Below are positions 7,705-18,157 of a stretch of DNA of 64,000 nucleotides, piece by piece. The stretch's first letter is position 1. Each line of letters opens with the position of its first letter. The notes beneath the pieces were generated by a model. That model ran no database searches. It was not told the DNA's origin and saw nothing but the letters and a program-made list of their open reading frames with translations. The stretch spans positions 3,348 through 67,347 of the forward strand of contig CALWIK010000018.1 in the NCBI GenBank assembly GCA_944380725.1, in the 5' to 3' direction. Origin of the DNA: an uncultured Clostridia bacterium (GTDB taxonomy: Bacteria > Bacillota > Clostridia > Oscillospirales > Acutalibacteraceae). The translations under genes were made by a program, and so were the position numbers.

Positions 7705-9060
7705 CTATACTGTTGCAGCTTTTATCATTAAAGCGCACTCCACCCTTTTTTTCTCAAGCTCACAAGAGATATTATGTGACTTAGCAACGTCTCCTTCATA
7801 CTGCCAACTATTTGCGTTACATCCTCCACTACAAAAAAATTTTACCCAGCAATCTTTACATTTTTCTTTTGTATAAATATTTGTCTTTGCAAAATATTCT
7901 TTTATATTGTTATTGAATGACTTTGTTGTAACATTTCCCATATTCCACTTTTCTTGTCCTACAAATTGATGACACGGATATATATCTCCGCTTGGAGTTA
8001 CTGCAATATATTCGTTTCCACAGCTACAGCCACGCAACCTTTTTATTGCACATGGACCTTGCTCTAAATCTATCATAAAATGGAAAAAGTTAAAACATTT
8101 GTCTTCTTTTTTGCGCTTTATCATCTCTAGAGCTAACTTTTCATATTCTTTATATATACGTGGTAGATCTTCCTTTTTTATGGCATATTCTAGGTTTTCA
8201 TTCAAAACTACTGGTTCTATCGAAATCTGGTCAAACCCTAGGTCTGCTATTTTTATTACATCGTTTGCAAAATCAAGATTATTTCTAGTAAATGTTCCTC
8301 GAACATAATAATCCTTGTCTCTGCGCTCATTAACTAACTTTTGATATTTTGGCACTATTATGTCAAATGTTCCGCAACCTTTTGAGGTAACTCTTAATTT
8401 GTCGTTTATTTCTTTGCGTCCATCCAGCGAAAGCACAACGTTTGACATCTCTTGATTAATAAAATCAATCTTATCGTCACTTAACAATAAGCCGTTTGTT
8501 GTAATCGTAAATCTAAAATTCTTGTTGTATTTTTTTTCTAAACTTCTTGCATATTTTACTGTCGCTTTAACAACCTCAAAATTCATCAACGGCTCTCCAC
8601 CAAAAAAGTCTACTTCTAAATTATGTCTTGGCCCCGAATTTTCTACAAGAAAATCTATCGCATTTTTAGCTATCTTAAGTGGCATCAATTCTCGGCCTGT
8701 CCCAAAATCTCCCTTGGCCGCAAAACAATACTCGCAGCGCAAATTGCAATCATGTGAAATATTAAGACACATCGATTTAATCGGCGAATTTGTAAGCATA
8801 TTTGCAAACTTTTTACACTCATCCTTTGAATATAATTGCCCATTGGCGTACAATTCATATAACTCGGCATATGTATTTAAAATTTCGTTTTTCTCGTATT
8901 TATTACCAAGCAAGTCAACTGCACTATTGTCAAGACTTTTATCCATATTTTCGTTAACAAACTCTAAGATATCATAAGCTATATCGTCCACCACATGAAC
9001 CGCTCCGCTGTTAACATCCAAAACAATATTATATCCGTTGAGCTTATATTTATGTATCAT
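7705..9060 (-). CDS. radical SAM/SPASM thioether-forming SCIFF peptide maturase
   Basis: CNLRCEYC radical SAM motif and a C-terminal SPASM cysteine cluster (CKDCWVKFFCSGGCNANS). It sits directly downstream of a SCIFF precursor. I chose the ATG at 9058-9060 (MIHKYKLNGY), preceded by AAAGGAG, over the ORF-track start at 9114. Confidence 0.85.
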   Translation of the reverse strand: MIHKYKLNGYNIVLDVNSGAVHVVDDIAYDILEFVNENMDKSLDNSAVDLLGNKYEKNEILNTYAELYELYANGQLYSKDECKKFANMLTNSPIKSMCLNISHDCNLRCEYCFAAKGDFGTGRELMPLKIAKNAIDFLVENSGPRHNLEVDFFGGEPLMNFEVVKATVKYARSLEKKYNKNFRFTITTNGLLLSDDKIDFINQEMSNVVLSLDGRKEINDKLRVTSKGCGTFDIIVPKYQKLVNERRDKDYYVRGTFTRNNLDFANDVIKIADLGFDQISIEPVVLNENLEYAIKKEDLPRIYKEYEKLALEMIKRKKEDKCFNFFHFMIDLEQGPCAIKRLRGCSCGNEYIAVTPSGDIYPCHQFVGQEKWNMGNVTTKSFNNNIKEYFAKTNIYTKEKCKDCWVKFFCSGGCNANSWQYEGDVAKSHNISCELEKKRVECALMIKAATV

Positions 9061-9095
9061 TATTTTCTCCTTTTTTATTAATATATAATAATATA

Positions 9096-9122
9096 GAGGC
9101 GGAAAGAACGCCATTCCACCCC
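9096..9122 (-). terminator. attenuator hairpin between the precursor and maturase genes
   Basis: Minus-strand RNA forms GGGGUGGAA-loop-UUCCGCCUC (9 bp, two wobble pairs that would be mismatches on the plus strand), followed by a U-rich tract. Confidence 0.5.
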
Positions 9123-9152
9123 TAAAAATTAAATAAATCTAATATTTAAAAA

Positions 9153-9290
9153 TTACTTCTCACATTTTTGGTTAGCAACCGTACAAGATGTTTTGCAAGC
9201 AGATTGGCAAGATGCTTGGCATTCTCCACATCCACCCTTAGAAGCACTTCCTTTTAAATCTGCTTTGTTTAAAGTTTTTATATGTTTCAC
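9153..9290 (-). CDS. SCIFF (six-cysteines-in-forty-five) ranthipeptide precursor, 45 aa
   Basis: Hand translation gives (GTG)MKHIKTLNKADLKGSASKGGCGECQASCQSACKTSCTVANQKCEK, with stop TAA at 9153-9155. It has six Cys in 45 residues and the canonical GGCGEC...CKTSCTVANQ core. It is absent from the ORF track. Confidence 0.9.
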   Translation of the reverse strand: MKHIKTLNKADLKGSASKGGCGECQASCQSACKTSCTVANQKCEK

Positions 9291-9326
9291 TCCCGCACAC
9301 ACTCCTTTTGCACTAAACTATCGCAA

Positions 9327-9355
9327 ATTATAACACATTTATTGTAAAAATTCAA
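9327..9355 (-). promoter_or_regulatory. promoter of the SCIFF operon
   Basis: On the minus strand: TTGAAT (9350-9355), 17 nt, TGtTATAAT (extended -10; -10 at 9327-9332). Confidence 0.65.
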
Positions 9356-9356
9356 A

Positions 9357-9767
9357 TTATTTACGTCTTTTTTTATTTACCGCCAATACTCCACCAAAAG
9401 CTCCAGAAAATATCATTGCCAAAAACCTAATCAGCGTTATATATGTAAATTTATCTCTAGAGACAATAAACGATATAACTGTTAACATAAAAAATAGCAA
9501 TACTCCCGCCAATGCGCCATAAATTAAACCTTTGGAACGATATATTTTTACCGATATATATCCAGAAACAAATGCTCCCACAGCGGCACAAAATATAGCG
9601 ATTGCCTGTATAAAATATTGCGGGATCGATTTGACCGCTACAAATAAAAACGCAAATAAAAATAAAAACCCCGCACAAATTGTTGCTCCCACAGCGGCAC
9701 CGAACAAAATTGATTTTAATGCTGTAGAAATTTCGGTATCTTTATTGCTTGTTTTATCGTACTTCAT
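9357..9767 (-). CDS. small four-TM membrane protein (hypothetical; resembles the family often found beside SCIFF/yajC in Clostridia)
   Basis: Four hydrophobic segments and a basic C-terminus KKRRK. GGGAGG sits inside the ORF-track N-terminus, so the ATG at 9765-9767 (MKYDK) is the likelier start. Confidence 0.6.
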   Translation of the reverse strand: MKYDKTSNKDTEISTALKSILFGAAVGATICAGFLFLFAFLFVAVKSIPQYFIQAIAIFCAAVGAFVSGYISVKIYRSKGLIYGALAGVLLFFMLTVISFIVSRDKFTYITLIRFLAMIFSGAFGGVLAVNKKRRK

Positions 9768-9848
9768 TACCATACCTCCCAAATATTATCTAGTCCATAT
9801 AAAAACAAATTTATTTAATAAATATTCAAAAAGGTATGTTAATATACA

Positions 9849-10154
9849 TTATTTACTCGGACTATTTTCTTTTTGTGTATTACAGCTTGCAATAGCCCAC
9901 TTTTTTATTTTTATTTTATTTCTATCTACACCTGTTTCAATAATAAACGATTCGTTTTCATCCTTAATTGCAACCACTCGGCCCACTATACCCCCAATGG
10001 TTGTAATTTCGTCTCCTATTTGAATATTATTTCTCATTTCGTTTTCTTGTTTTTTTCTTTTGCTACTTGGACGTATCATCAAGAAATACATGCCAATCAA
10101 AAGAACAACCATTATTATAATATTCATTGCGCCTGCTGAGCCTTCTGCACTCAT
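9849..10154 (-). CDS. yajC: preprotein translocase subunit YajC
   Basis: Single TM followed by FLMIRPSSKRKKQ and IQIGDEITTIGGIVGRVV. ATG at 10152-10154 lies 8 nt after GGAGG. Confidence 0.85.
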   Translation of the reverse strand: MSAEGSAGAMNIIIMVVLLIGMYFLMIRPSSKRKKQENEMRNNIQIGDEITTIGGIVGRVVAIKDENESFIIETGVDRNKIKIKKWAIASCNTQKENSPSK

Positions 10155-10224
10155 CTTTAGCACCTCCACTAAAATTTAACATTTATGATTATATCAATTT
10201 TTATTTTTTGTTGCAAGTTTTAAA

Positions 10225-11370
<1,146 letters not shown>

Positions 11371-12399
11371 TTAACGTATAAACATCGCATCTCCAAAACT
11401 AAAAAATCGATAACTTTTAGCTACCGCTTCGTGATATGCATTCATAGTATTTTGATAACCAGCAAACGCTGAAACCAACATTATCAGTGTGCTTTCTGGT
11501 AGATGAAAATTAGTTATTAAAGCATCTACAACTTTAAATTTATATCCCGGATAAATAAATATGTCCGTCCAGCCGGAGGAGTCGGTTATTTTTTTTTCTT
11601 TTTTATACATTGACTCTAAAGTTCTGCAGCTTGTTGTTCCAACCGAAATGATTCTACCGCCATTATTTTTAGTTTCAAGAATTAATTTAGCTGTATTTTT
11701 TGGTATTTCGTAATGTTCACTGTGCATTTTGTGTTCGCTCACGTTTTTTACTTTAACCGGTCTAAACGTTCCAAGCCCTACATGGAGTGTTACAAAACCC
11801 AATTTTACTCCTTTAGATTTAATTTTTTCTAAAAGTTCATTTGTAAAGTGCAAACCAGCTGTTGGAGCTGCCGCCGAACCAAGTTCTCTCGAATATACTG
11901 TTTGATAACGCTCTTTGTCTTTTAATTTTTGAGTTATATAATGTGGCAGAGGCATCTGCCCAATTTTAGCTAGAATCGAAAAAAAATTACTCTCGTTGTA
12001 AAAAAACTTTATTATTCTATTACCATCGGATTTTACATTTAAGATTTCTCCACGCATAACTTCGTCTCCAAAAATAAAGACATCTCTTGGTTTTGCCTTT
12101 TTGCCCGGGCCTGCTAGGGTCTCCCAAATATTCTCAGCAATTTTATTTAGCAGCAAAAATTCAACTATTGCTCCAGTTTCTTTTTTTTTGCCAAAAATTC
12201 TTGCCGGCAACACTCTAGAATCATTGAGTACCAAACAATCTTCTGGCATAAGTTCATCTACTATATCATAAAAATTCTTATGGAATATTTCTCCTGTATT
12301 TTTATCCAAAATCATCAGCCTAGAGTGATCACGTTTTTTAGCTGGCTCTTGTGCTATTAATTCTTTTGGTAGATCATAAAAAAAATCTTCGGTTTTCAA
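11371..12399 (-). CDS. queA: S-adenosylmethionine:tRNA ribosyltransferase-isomerase
   Basis: [15 protein letters not shown]...RDHSRLM and [13 protein letters not shown] start follows AAGGAG. Confidence 0.92.
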   Translation of the reverse strand: MKTEDFFYDLPKELIAQEPAKKRDHSRLMILDKNTGEIFHKNFYDIVDELMPEDCLVLNDSRVLPARIFGKKKETGAIVEFLLLNKIAENIWETLAGPGKKAKPRDVFIFGDEVMRGEILNVKSDGNRIIKFFYNESNFFSILAKIGQMPLPHYITQKLKDKERYQTVYSRELGSAAAPTAGLHFTNELLEKIKSKGVKLGFVTLHVGLGTFRPVKVKNVSEHKMHSEHYEIPKNTAKLILETKNNGGRIISVGTTSCRTLESMYKKEKKITDSSGWTDIFIYPGYKFKVVDALITNFHLPESTLIMLVSAFAGYQNTMNAYHEAVAKSYRFFSFGDAMFIR

Positions 12400-12435
12400 G
12401 ATTTATTCTCCTTTAATAAAGCGTGTGCTTTTAAA

Positions 12436-12464
12436 TTGACACTACTATATAAAAATGATATATT
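12436..12464 (+). promoter_or_regulatory. promoter of the asd-dapA-dapB operon
   Basis: TTGACA (12436-12441), 17 nt, TATATT (12459-12464). This leaves a leader of about 145 nt. Confidence 0.5.
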
Positions 12465-12609
12465 TATTTTAAAATAAAGTTTATATTTTTTATCAATAAA
12501 TTTAATTATATTTTATTAGTCTTTGCTTTACAACTTATTTATCTTTAATTTTTGCTAATCACTTAAGAAAGGCGGGCTTTCAGAGATTTTTATTCTGTGA
12601 AATGTTTAT

Positions 12610-13689
12610 ATGAAAAAATTTAATGTAGGTGTTTTAGGTGCAACCGGTATGGTTGGTCAAAGATTTGTTACTCTGCTATATAAACACCCTTGGTTTAATA
12701 TTAACGTGCTTGCTGCTAGTTCAAAATCTGCTGGTAAAACGTATTTCGAAGCTTTAAATGGCAGATGGAATATGTCTTCTCCGGTTCCAGACAACATAAA
12801 AAACATGCCTGTTTTTGACATTTCCAATGATATTAATAAAATCGTAAACTCTGTTGACTTCGTTTTTTGCGCTGTAGATATGCTGTCTTCTGATATAAGA
12901 ATTCTTGAAGAGACTTATGCCAGAGCTGAATGCCCTGTTATCTCAAACAACAGTGCCCACAGAAACACTCCAGATGTGCCTATGATTATTCCTGAAGTTA
13001 ATCCGGAACACGCTAAAATTATTTTTAGTCAGCGAAAACGTCTTGGTACAAAAAAGGGATTCATTGCCGTTAAGTCGAATTGTTCGCTGCAGTGCTATGT
13101 TCCTGCTATTCACCCTCTTTTAGATTTTGGCGTTAGCAAAATTTTAGTCTGCACTTATCAGGCCATATCTGGCGCCGGAAAAACCTTCTCCTCCTGGCCT
13201 GAAATGGTCGATAATATTATTCCTTACATTGATGGAGAAGAAGAAAAATCGGAGCGAGAACCTCTTAAAATCTGGGGAAAAATCTCTGGCAGCGAAATAA
13301 AAATTGCCACTTCTCCATGCATTACAACTCAGTGCATTAGAGTTCCTGTTAGCAATGGACACACAGCTGCAGTTTTTGTGGATTTTGACAGACCACCAAA
13401 ACTGGATCAGATTGTTGAACGCTGGCAAAAGTATAAATCTCCCCGAGAGACCAACAACTTGCCGAGTGCGCCAAAACAATTTTTACATTATTTTGATAAT
13501 CCGTTATATCCTCAAATAAAAAGTGCTAGAGAACTTGAAAACGGAATGGCGATATCTATTGGACGATTACGTAACGATCCTCAGTATAACATAAAATTTG
13601 TATGTATGTCTCACAACACTATTCGTGGAGCGGCTGGCGGTGCTGTTTTGATGGCTGAGCTGCTTTGTTCTAAAGGATTTATTAATTAA
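12610..13689 (+). CDS. asd: aspartate-semialdehyde dehydrogenase
   Basis: GATGMVGQRF Rossmann motif, active-site SNCS and SHNTIRGAAG. Confidence 0.9.
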   Translation: MKKFNVGVLGATGMVGQRFVTLLYKHPWFNINVLAASSKSAGKTYFEALNGRWNMSSPVPDNIKNMPVFDISNDINKIVNSVDFVFCAVDMLSSDIRILEETYARAECPVISNNSAHRNTPDVPMIIPEVNPEHAKIIFSQRKRLGTKKGFIAVKSNCSLQCYVPAIHPLLDFGVSKILVCTYQAISGAGKTFSSWPEMVDNIIPYIDGEEEKSEREPLKIWGKISGSEIKIATSPCITTQCIRVPVSNGHTAAVFVDFDRPPKLDQIVERWQKYKSPRETNNLPSAPKQFLHYFDNPLYPQIKSARELENGMAISIGRLRNDPQYNIKFVCMSHNTIRGAAGGAVLMAELLCSKGFIN

Positions 13690-13717
13690 AAAATTTTTTT
13701 ATTTAGGAGGGATCTTT

Positions 13718-14614
13718 ATGAAAAAAATCGTATTTAAAGGCTCCGGAGCGGCACTTATTACACCTATGCATGAGGATGGTAGTGTGAATTTTGAAGTTTT
13801 GGAAGAAATAATTGAGTTTCAGATCAAAAATAAAACTGACGCTATCATTATTTGTGGAACTACCGGAGAATCTGCTACCTTGAGCGATGATGAAAAGATT
13901 CGTATTATAAAATTTGCGGTAGAAAATGTTGGCGGCAGAATTCCAGTTATTGCCGGAACTGGTAGCAACAACACCGAGCATGCACTAAAAATGTCTAAAA
14001 AGGCTGCAGAGCTTGGTGTGGATGCTCTTTTAGTAGTTACTCCATATTATAATAAGACATCACAAAATGGCATAATAGAGCACTATACTTATATTGCAGA
14101 CAGAGTTGAGCTGCCAATAATCTTGTATAATGTTCCTTCACGTACGGGAGTTAATATTTTGCCTGAAACTTATTTGGAATTATCAAAAATTTCTAATATA
14201 GTAGCCACAAAAGAAGCCAACGGCGATCTTTCTGCTATTGCTAAGACTATTTCTCTTTGTGGCAAAAATCTTAATGTTTATTCTGGCAACGATGATCAGA
14301 TATTGCCAATTTTATCGCTTGGAGGGCTTGGAGTTATCTCTGTTTTTGCTAATATTTGCCCATTAAAATGTCATGCCATTAACCATAAATATTTTAATGG
14401 CGAGCAAGATTATGCAAGGAGACTTTTCTTGGATTCAATTGAGTTGATGACTACACTGTTTTGTGACGTCAATCCGATTCCAGTTAAAGAGGCCATCAAG
14501 CAGCTTGGGTTTAATTGTGGTAAATGTAGGTTGCCTTTGATTTCTCTTTCGGATGAAAATAAAAATAAATTAATAAAGTCTATGAAAAAATCTGGATTGG
14601 TCTCTATCAAATAA
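13718..14614 (+). CDS. dapA: 4-hydroxy-tetrahydrodipicolinate synthase
   Basis: GTTGESATLS, YNVPSRTG and KEA (active-site Lys region). SD GGAGG lies upstream. Confidence 0.92.
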   Translation: MKKIVFKGSGAALITPMHEDGSVNFEVLEEIIEFQIKNKTDAIIICGTTGESATLSDDEKIRIIKFAVENVGGRIPVIAGTGSNNTEHALKMSKKAAELGVDALLVVTPYYNKTSQNGIIEHYTYIADRVELPIILYNVPSRTGVNILPETYLELSKISNIVATKEANGDLSAIAKTISLCGKNLNVYSGNDDQILPILSLGGLGVISVFANICPLKCHAINHKYFNGEQDYARRLFLDSIELMTTLFCDVNPIPVKEAIKQLGFNCGKCRLPLISLSDENKNKLIKSMKKSGLVSIK

Positions 14615-14622
14615 AGTTTAAG

Positions 14623-15393
14623 ATGGGATGTTTAAACGTGATTAAAGTAATTTTAAGTGGTTGTTCTGGCCAGATGGGGCATGCGGTTATTAGGGCTGCG
14701 ACCGATCGCGATGACTGCAATATTGTTGCTGGAATATGTAAATATTCAAACGAAAAAGCTAACTTTCCAACGTTTAATGCTTTTAATAAATTAAATGTTG
14801 ATGCTGATGTTATTATCGACTTTTCTAATCCTTCTTTACTAGAACCTCTTTTGAATTATGCAATTTTCAAAAAAAATCCTGTTGTAATATGTACCACTGG
14901 GTTTAACGAAAAACAAATAAATAAAATTAAATTTGCAGCTAAATCGATTCCTGTTTTCTTTTCTGGCAATATGTCTATTGGTGTTAATCTTTTAGTGGGA
15001 CTTGCTAGAAAAGCGGCTGCTATTTTAGGCCCATCATTTGACATAGAAATCGTCGAAAAACATCATAATAAAAAAATCGATGCCCCGAGTGGTACGGCTT
15101 TAATGATCGCAGATGCCATAAAATCTGATATAAACCCTGAGGTAAATTACGTTTTTGACCGCCATATATGTAGAAGACCTCGTAGTCACAACGAGATCGG
15201 TATTCACTCCGTTCGGGGCGGAACAATCGTTGGTGAACATGACGTCATTTTTGCCGGCAAAAATGAAGTTATTACTTTGTCTCACACCGCTCAGTCTAGA
15301 GAGATTTTTGCCGTGGGAGCTATAAATGCAGCTATTTTTATTGTTTCTAAATCGGCCGGACTTTATAATATGTCAGACTTGCTTAAATGTTGA
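14623..15393 (+). CDS. dapB: 4-hydroxy-tetrahydrodipicolinate reductase
   Basis: GCSGQMG nucleotide-binding motif and EKHHNKKIDAPSGTA. The start codon is uncertain by a few codons. Confidence 0.88.
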   Translation: MGCLNVIKVILSGCSGQMGHAVIRAATDRDDCNIVAGICKYSNEKANFPTFNAFNKLNVDADVIIDFSNPSLLEPLLNYAIFKKNPVVICTTGFNEKQINKIKFAAKSIPVFFSGNMSIGVNLLVGLARKAAAILGPSFDIEIVEKHHNKKIDAPSGTALMIADAIKSDINPEVNYVFDRHICRRPRSHNEIGIHSVRGGTIVGEHDVIFAGKNEVITLSHTAQSREIFAVGAINAAIFIVSKSAGLYNMSDLLKC

Positions 15394-15440
15394 ATTTTTT
15401 GGGTCACCACGCGATATAGTGCGGTGACTTATCTTTTATG

Positions 15441-17066
15441 TTATTTTACCTTTGTGGCAAAATAAAAATCTACACCTTGATTATACCTATGAAAAATTAA
15501 TCTGCTTATTTTGTTAGACCATGCAAAAAAGCTTTTGCAGCTATACATTGGATAAAAAATAGCGTTTTCGTTTAAATATCTTTCGGCCAATATAAGATGC
15601 TTTATTGAATCTTTAGGCGTTGCCAAAAGCGCATTTTCAATTAATTTATCGTAGTCTTTACTATTTAAACTCGCAACATTTTTGTTATTATCCGATCTAA
15701 AAATATTTAAAAAGTCAAGAGCCAAATTGCTCTCTGATAAAATAGGCATAAGAGCTATTTGATAATTTTTTGTCTTTACTCTGGACTTTAATGTATTTTC
15801 TGGTAAAGGCTCCATATTAAAATAATAGCCTAAGTCTCCATTTAAATTTTCTATTATATTGCTTGCAATCTTTTTTATGCCTTGGGTATCGGCACACAAA
15901 ATTGTAACTGTGGGAAGGATGCTTAATTTGAGTTGCTCCAGCCCAAAATCAAAATATTTTTTAGCTTCAACATCTTTTTTTAGAAACAAATCTTTTCCTG
16001 CAAGCTCTCTAAAATTTTTCCCATCTACCATAATTCCGTCTAAAAGAATATCATTAGCAATTTTGCAATTTTTAGGAAGTTCAGATAAAATATATTCTCG
16101 GTCTAAAGCTTTTAAAAAACCTAATCTTACGTTTAAGTTAGAGAATAATGGATCTTGCGTGTTAAATATCAAACCACATATAGTATCGTCAAAAGATATA
16201 GTCGGAAGGCCTTTGCTTTTAGCATAGTCTATTTGCTCTTCTAAAGCTAATGCCGCTGCATCAATTGTTCCATTATTTATTAAATTTATAGCGTCATAGG
16301 TATCTTTACCTATTGTAAAGGATACTCCTGCAGGGATCGGAATATTTTGACCACCATAATTTTCATTTTCTACCAAGTTTATTGTATTATAATGATCCCA
16401 GCCATAGCGCGGTTTTATTTTGAAAGCGCCATTGCAGATAACCGTTGATGCTTCTAATCCATATTGTCCATTTGTCTGTTCAAAAAAGCTTTTATTGCAA
16501 GGCATGGTCGGCGGAGTTGCTAACAAAGAAAAAAAGTTTTCAACAGGATATTCTAGCTCTATTACCAGAGTACGAGCATCTTGAGCTTTTACTCCTAACA
16601 AAGAACTGCTAGCTCCTTCTAGATTTACTTTTCTGGCATTTTTTATGCAATAGAGCGTATACGCTTGAGGAGCTTGTGTATATTTATCTAATGCACGTCT
16701 AAAACCAAAAACAAAATCCTCTGCTGTCACGGGTGTTTTTTCTTTGTCCGACCATGATGCATTTTCTCTTAAATAAAAAGTATAAGTCAAATTGTCTTTC
16801 GAAACTTCCCACGAGTATGCAACTCCAGGAACAATATTTTCATTTTCGTCTAACCGTACTAGCCCCTCAAAGATGTTCATAATTACTATTTTAGAAGATG
16901 GATCATTGCAAACTTGGGGGTCTAACGTTAGAGGTTCATTATTAAGGTTATATTTTATTGTTTGATTCTCGGGTGAATCTTTGCTTTTTGTACATCCAGA
17001 TAATCCGGCAAAATTAAATATAATACAGATGGCTACAATAAAAAACTTTTTCAACATAGACATCAC
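15441..17066 (-). CDS. oligopeptide-type (family 5) ABC substrate-binding lipoprotein, orphan
   Basis: Lipobox LSGC and an OppA/DppA-like domain. No permease or ATPase genes are adjacent. Confidence 0.75.
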   Translation of the reverse strand: MMSMLKKFFIVAICIIFNFAGLSGCTKSKDSPENQTIKYNLNNEPLTLDPQVCNDPSSKIVIMNIFEGLVRLDENENIVPGVAYSWEVSKDNLTYTFYLRENASWSDKEKTPVTAEDFVFGFRRALDKYTQAPQAYTLYCIKNARKVNLEGASSSLLGVKAQDARTLVIELEYPVENFFSLLATPPTMPCNKSFFEQTNGQYGLEASTVICNGAFKIKPRYGWDHYNTINLVENENYGGQNIPIPAGVSFTIGKDTYDAINLINNGTIDAAALALEEQIDYAKSKGLPTISFDDTICGLIFNTQDPLFSNLNVRLGFLKALDREYILSELPKNCKIANDILLDGIMVDGKNFRELAGKDLFLKKDVEAKKYFDFGLEQLKLSILPTVTILCADTQGIKKIASNIIENLNGDLGYYFNMEPLPENTLKSRVKTKNYQIALMPILSESNLALDFLNIFRSDNNKNVASLNSKDYDKLIENALLATPKDSIKHLILAERYLNENAIFYPMYSCKSFFAWSNKISRLIFHRYNQGVDFYFATKVK

Positions 17067-17218
17067 CTTTTATAATTTATGTAGAAATCTAAATTATTTA
17101 GTCGATTACAAGTTTATCATATTTTTATAAAAAATAATATAAAAATTCCAAAATTCTTTAAATTATTTAGCATACTGAGCTAATTATATATTTGCCCAGT
17201 ATGCATTTAAAATTAAAC

Positions 17219-17401
17219 TTATTTAAACATGTAGTGTACATTATCTAACATATCTTCTATTGCATTTGTACATTTCATTGCTTTGCGTTTCATATTTTTT
17301 GGGTTTTGCATGTAGCTAATTAGTAACCAGCCAGCAGCCATACCCAAAAAAACTCCACATATAAAATTTCTTAGAGAACAGCTTTTTCTACATCCATTCA
17401 T
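17219..17401 (-). CDS. small hypothetical membrane protein, 60 aa
   Basis: ATG lies 8 nt after GGAGG. It has one hydrophobic helix (ICGVFLGMAAGWLLISY). I recognise no family. Confidence 0.5.
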   Translation of the reverse strand: MNGCRKSCSLRNFICGVFLGMAAGWLLISYMQNPKNMKRKAMKCTNAIEDMLDNVHYMFK

Positions 17402-17559
17402 ATTTTTACCTCCAAAATTAAATCTTTCATTTTTAGTTTATCCTTAATTGCTTCTTTTTAAAAAAAGAGTTTACTGTAAATATAAATCCCAGATTTTTAC
17501 TAATTAGTTGTTAATTATTTTGTAAAATAATATAATAATTCAAGAGGTGAATTTAATTT

Positions 17560-18054
17560 GTGAACGAAATAAATATAGTTATGGTGGAACCACAAATTCC
17601 TCAAAATACTGGCAACATTGCAAGAACTTGTGCTGCAACTGGAGCAAAATTGCATTTGGTTGGCCCTTTGGGTTTTAAAATAGATGACAAAAAATTGAAA
17701 CGTGCTGGACTAGATTATTGGCATCTTTTGGAGGTTTATATTTACGAGAATTTGAATGAATTCTTTTATAAAAATAAAGGCCCATTCTTTTATTTTTCTA
17801 CTAAGGCTAAAAATAAATATTCCGATGTTACCTATCCCAATAGATGTTATCTTGTATTTGGAAAAGAAACTGCTGGTTTGGATGAAAAACTTATTTGCGA
17901 TAATATGGATAATTCTGTTAGAATCCCTATGAAAAATATGGCACGAAGTTTAAATCTATCTAATTCAGTAGCTATCGGCGTTTATGAAGTTTTAAGACAG
18001 TGGAAGTTTCCTAATCTTTTGTGTAAAGGAAAATTAGCAAATTATTCTACATAA
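17560..18054 (+). CDS. trmL: tRNA (cytidine/uridine-34 2'-O)-methyltransferase TrmL (SpoU/TrmH family)
   Basis: EPQIPQNTGNIARTCAATG, RAGLDYWH and SLNLSNSVAIGVYE closely parallel E. coli TrmL. GTG start. Confidence 0.85.
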   Translation: MNEINIVMVEPQIPQNTGNIARTCAATGAKLHLVGPLGFKIDDKKLKRAGLDYWHLLEVYIYENLNEFFYKNKGPFFYFSTKAKNKYSDVTYPNRCYLVFGKETAGLDEKLICDNMDNSVRIPMKNMARSLNLSNSVAIGVYEVLRQWKFPNLLCKGKLANYST

Positions 18055-18157
18055 GACCTATCGTATAACTGTAAAATTGCCTTTGTTGCAAAGCATTTTG
18101 ATTTTGTTTATAATACTAATATCAAAATCCTACAACGCGCTTGAAAGGATGACTTGT

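Noticed and set aside
8522-8977. Long antisense ORFs inside confirmed genes (for example 8522-8977, 5015-5353, 13144-13479, 37481-37792, 41112-41375, 45955-46335, 53225-53497)
   Set aside because: Each lies wholly within a strongly supported gene on the opposite strand. They lack SDs and give low-complexity translations.
12400-12609. Looked for a lysine (L-box) riboswitch in the ~145-nt asd-dapA-dapB leader
   Set aside because: None of the L-box core elements are visible. There is only a weak imperfect hairpin (TCAGAGA/TCTGTGA) and a distant GGCGGG, which is not enough to call anything.
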